A stretch of 64,000 nucleotides of DNA, taken from positions 349,585 through 413,584 of the forward strand of contig NMRA01000058.1 in assembly GCA_002633005.1 (NCBI GenBank), written 5' to 3'. The notes beneath the pieces are model-generated. The model was given only the letters and a program-made list of their open reading frames with translations, did no database searches and was not told where the DNA came from. This DNA comes from Phoronis australis. Taxonomy: Eukaryota; Animalia; Phoronida. This document shows positions 61,600-64,000 of the stretch, piece by piece. How positions within the stretch are numbered: position 1 is the stretch's first letter; each line of letters opens with the position of its first letter. The position numbers and the translations under genes were made by a program.

Positions 61600-62168
61600 G
61601 AGTTGGCGGAGGTGGTGACCGATGGCCACACAAATACTGAACACGTGCTTGGCGAGGCTAGTCAGTGGTTGAAGTGGACTCTGTCTGAGCGGTAGAGATT
61701 GATGGTCGAGGTTAGCCAAGAAACTTCCCTTGTGAGTTCAAAAAAGATGTGGGGCTCTTTGGACAAGAGAAATTTAAGGGATGAGTTGAAGGAGCGAAGC
61801 CTAGAATGGAAGCAGTCAGCGTGCAATAGGTGAAACACTTGCCAAACCAGGACGCGCAGGACCTTGTAAGCGATTAAGGGAAAATCGGGCGAACGTAATG
61901 AGGTGTGAGGCCAGGACAGAGGTGGAGTCAAGGTTGATCTGAAGGAAAACATTAGGTTGGAACAAGGGAGGGAATGGGTGGCTGCTTGGATGGACTGGGG
62001 GCTGGGGAGAAGGGTACTGCCCGAGATGCCCAGGGACAAACAAAACGATGACCCGAGAAGGTCGGAAGCCATAGTTGTGGAGGTAACGGGACTGGGGGGG
62101 GGGGGCTGGGAGTGGACTTGTCCAACGTCCAACAAACGAACGTAGGAACTGCTGATGATGAACAACAT
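61600..62168 (-). pseudogene. SGNH-hydrolase-like ORF remnant of a retroelement
   Basis: Block I-like LFIISSSYVRLL, block II-like SLGISGSTL, block V-like LYRSDRVHF; frameshifted; homologous to 27320-27550. Confidence 0.62.
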
Positions 62169-63088
62169 GTAGAATTAGTGAGTACAACTAAGGGTTATGA
62201 TAATAAAAACTAAAACTTACCTTGAAACAGATGATGCAGAACGCAGAGAAGTCAGTGAGAGGCACAAGAAATTGAAGAAGGTTACCCTTGAACAACACTA
62301 TGGGATGAAAGGGGGACTGAGAAATTGTGGAAAAAATGATAAAAATGCAGAGGAAAATGGTAGTTGATATGTAGACGAGGTAGGTGGCTGACTGAACTAG
62401 ACCATGTTATACTGAACAAACATAATGCTAAATCGTCGTGAGAGACCGTTCGGAGTTGGTATATGGTGCAACTCATAACGCTAAACCCTCGTGAGAGACC
62501 GCCCCGAGATGGATGCTGGAGCAACTCGGGGCGGTCTGGGATCAAGCGGAAAAACCACAGGGTAAATCTGTGGTCGACGAATCTATTCGGTCGATTACAT
62601 TTTATTGCCCGTGAAGCCGCTAAGGGCTGCCTGAAGAAATATGACTCGCGCGTTTGTATTTTCGCCTTTTTCAATAACATGTAAAAGATTCATCAACAAA
62701 TTCCTCGTAAAATTCTGAAAACAAGCGTTTTTCTCCCACGAAAATCGATGAAGTATTGGCCGAGATATTTCACTTTCAGTCCAGGCTAGCCCTGCACACT
62801 CAGAGAATCGTCACACAAGATTACTACGCGGTAATGCGGTTTCACTGTCAACAAAGGAAGACGTCAAAATCGACTTATAATTGTCATTTTTAAACTATTT
62901 GCATGGTAAATTATCAAAATGTAAGTAAAATCGTACTCTATATTTTAACAAGAAAACAGCAGTTTCATTTTGGTGAACATGTCTATAAGGACCTAACTCG
63001 CGCATGGTGGTGAGTAGTGAGTCCGGCCAACACGTGAGGATGGCTGTGTTGTTGTTTTTGCTCTCAATTCAAAAGTAGCCGTTTCAAA

Positions 63089-63296
63089 ATGGAAGATGGA
63101 CAGAAAATGCAGGCAGTTGACGAAAACGGCCATTGGAAGGAAGCAATTGAGCGGGGAGTAAATGACAGCGCTGGGAATTCACGTCGGTTTTCCTGGATGG
63201 CCGTCTGAGTTTGACCAGCTCGTCGAGCCGTGATTCGTGAGAGGCTGAGCCGATCGACTACGTCGGGCTCGGTACCTGGACCTGGTGAAGAAAAAC
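63089..63296 (+). pseudogene. Tudor-knot/chromo-barrel-like first exon, disrupted
   Basis: TCAAAATGG start; MEDGQKMQAVDENGHWKEAI..(fs)IHVGFPGWPSEFDQLV; GTAAGT donor at 63297; in-frame stops downstream. Confidence 0.5.
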
Positions 63297-64000
63297 GTAA
63301 GTATTTTTTTGTCATCCCTTATGCTCGCATGATGCTGTTGGCTGTATAGATAAAGTATACCGTGTTTGCGTGGGATTTTGTGTTCATGAAATTACAGACT
63401 ATGTACATCTACCACATTTAAAGTCAGAGAAACATTGTTACTTAGTGAAAGATAAACGTCTGAGCGAATATACCATGGTGCCTTCAATGTTGTGTTTGTT
63501 CTTTGTGAAGTAGATTTACTGTAACAAGTCCGATGTTGTCGGATTGAATTGGTATTCCGGGATTTTCAATGCCAGTGGCAGATCCAGAATTTTTGGAATG
63601 GTGTTCGCAAATGAAATAATGTCAAGCCATTGTTTTAAATTACCATTTAAGTTTTATTAATAAGAGGTGGAGACAGCAATCTTCAGCCGTGTCTTTGTTA
63701 CCTTGTTCTCATTTCTTTACATTTGTTTATGTTTCATTTCATTGTTTTCTGTAGATCCCCCCAACCCCCTTGCCATAGTGCACTCTCTGTTGACTGAATT
63801 TGATGACATAATATATTGATAAGCCATTGTATTCTGCATACCAGTACTAGCTTAACCCTTAGTCCTGCACACCTGGCCCTATTGTTCACTCTTGACTTTT
63901 GTTTACAAAATAATCCAGTCCAGTCTACACCCTGATTGCTTAGTTTAATATTTACCAGTGAGTAAACTGTATTTCACTTGTTGAACCTTTTCTTACTATC

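Noticed and set aside
2478-63315. Most 60-130 aa ORFs in the six-frame track
   Set aside because: Many start at TTG/GTG, lack recognisable motifs and fall in repeats or introns; expected by chance in this composition.

Overview
AT-rich, intron-rich, transposon-saturated eukaryotic DNA, most consistent with an invertebrate animal (inference); nothing prokaryotic and no CRISPR array. Two host genes converge tail-to-tail. On + are the last two exons of an ACAP/centaurin-beta ArfGAP (stop at 3915). On - is a chain of seven phase-compatible small exons (30797 to 10809) encoding an S/T-P-rich disordered region ending in Phe/Gly clusters; it resembles the tail of the synaptonemal-complex protein SIX6OS1/C14orf39 (tentative) and includes a probable GC-AG intron. 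The remainder is nested mobile DNA: a decayed pogo-type DDE element with a PHD finger; three CCGTA/TA-TSD pogo-like non-autonomous elements; three Kolobok derivatives, one keeping convergent THAP-transposase and KolX/P2X7-ballast-like ORF remnants; an Academ element; Helentron-like (HINE/DINE-1-type) tandem-core elements dense in CTCF-like motifs; 5-bp-TSD MITEs; Penelope-like fragments, one with an intact-looking minimal hammerhead ribozyme; a Ngaro-type tyrosine-recombinase retroelement remnant; and LINE fragments. The most unusual items are a complete split-direct-repeat (A1-ORF-B1-A2-B2) element carrying only an SGNH-hydrolase ORF, two diverged Tudor-knot-like first exons behind TAGRCCAT motifs, and a tRNA cloverleaf bracketed by direct repeats. 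All calls were made by eye; family assignments need HMM/BLAST confirmation and some boundaries are approximate.
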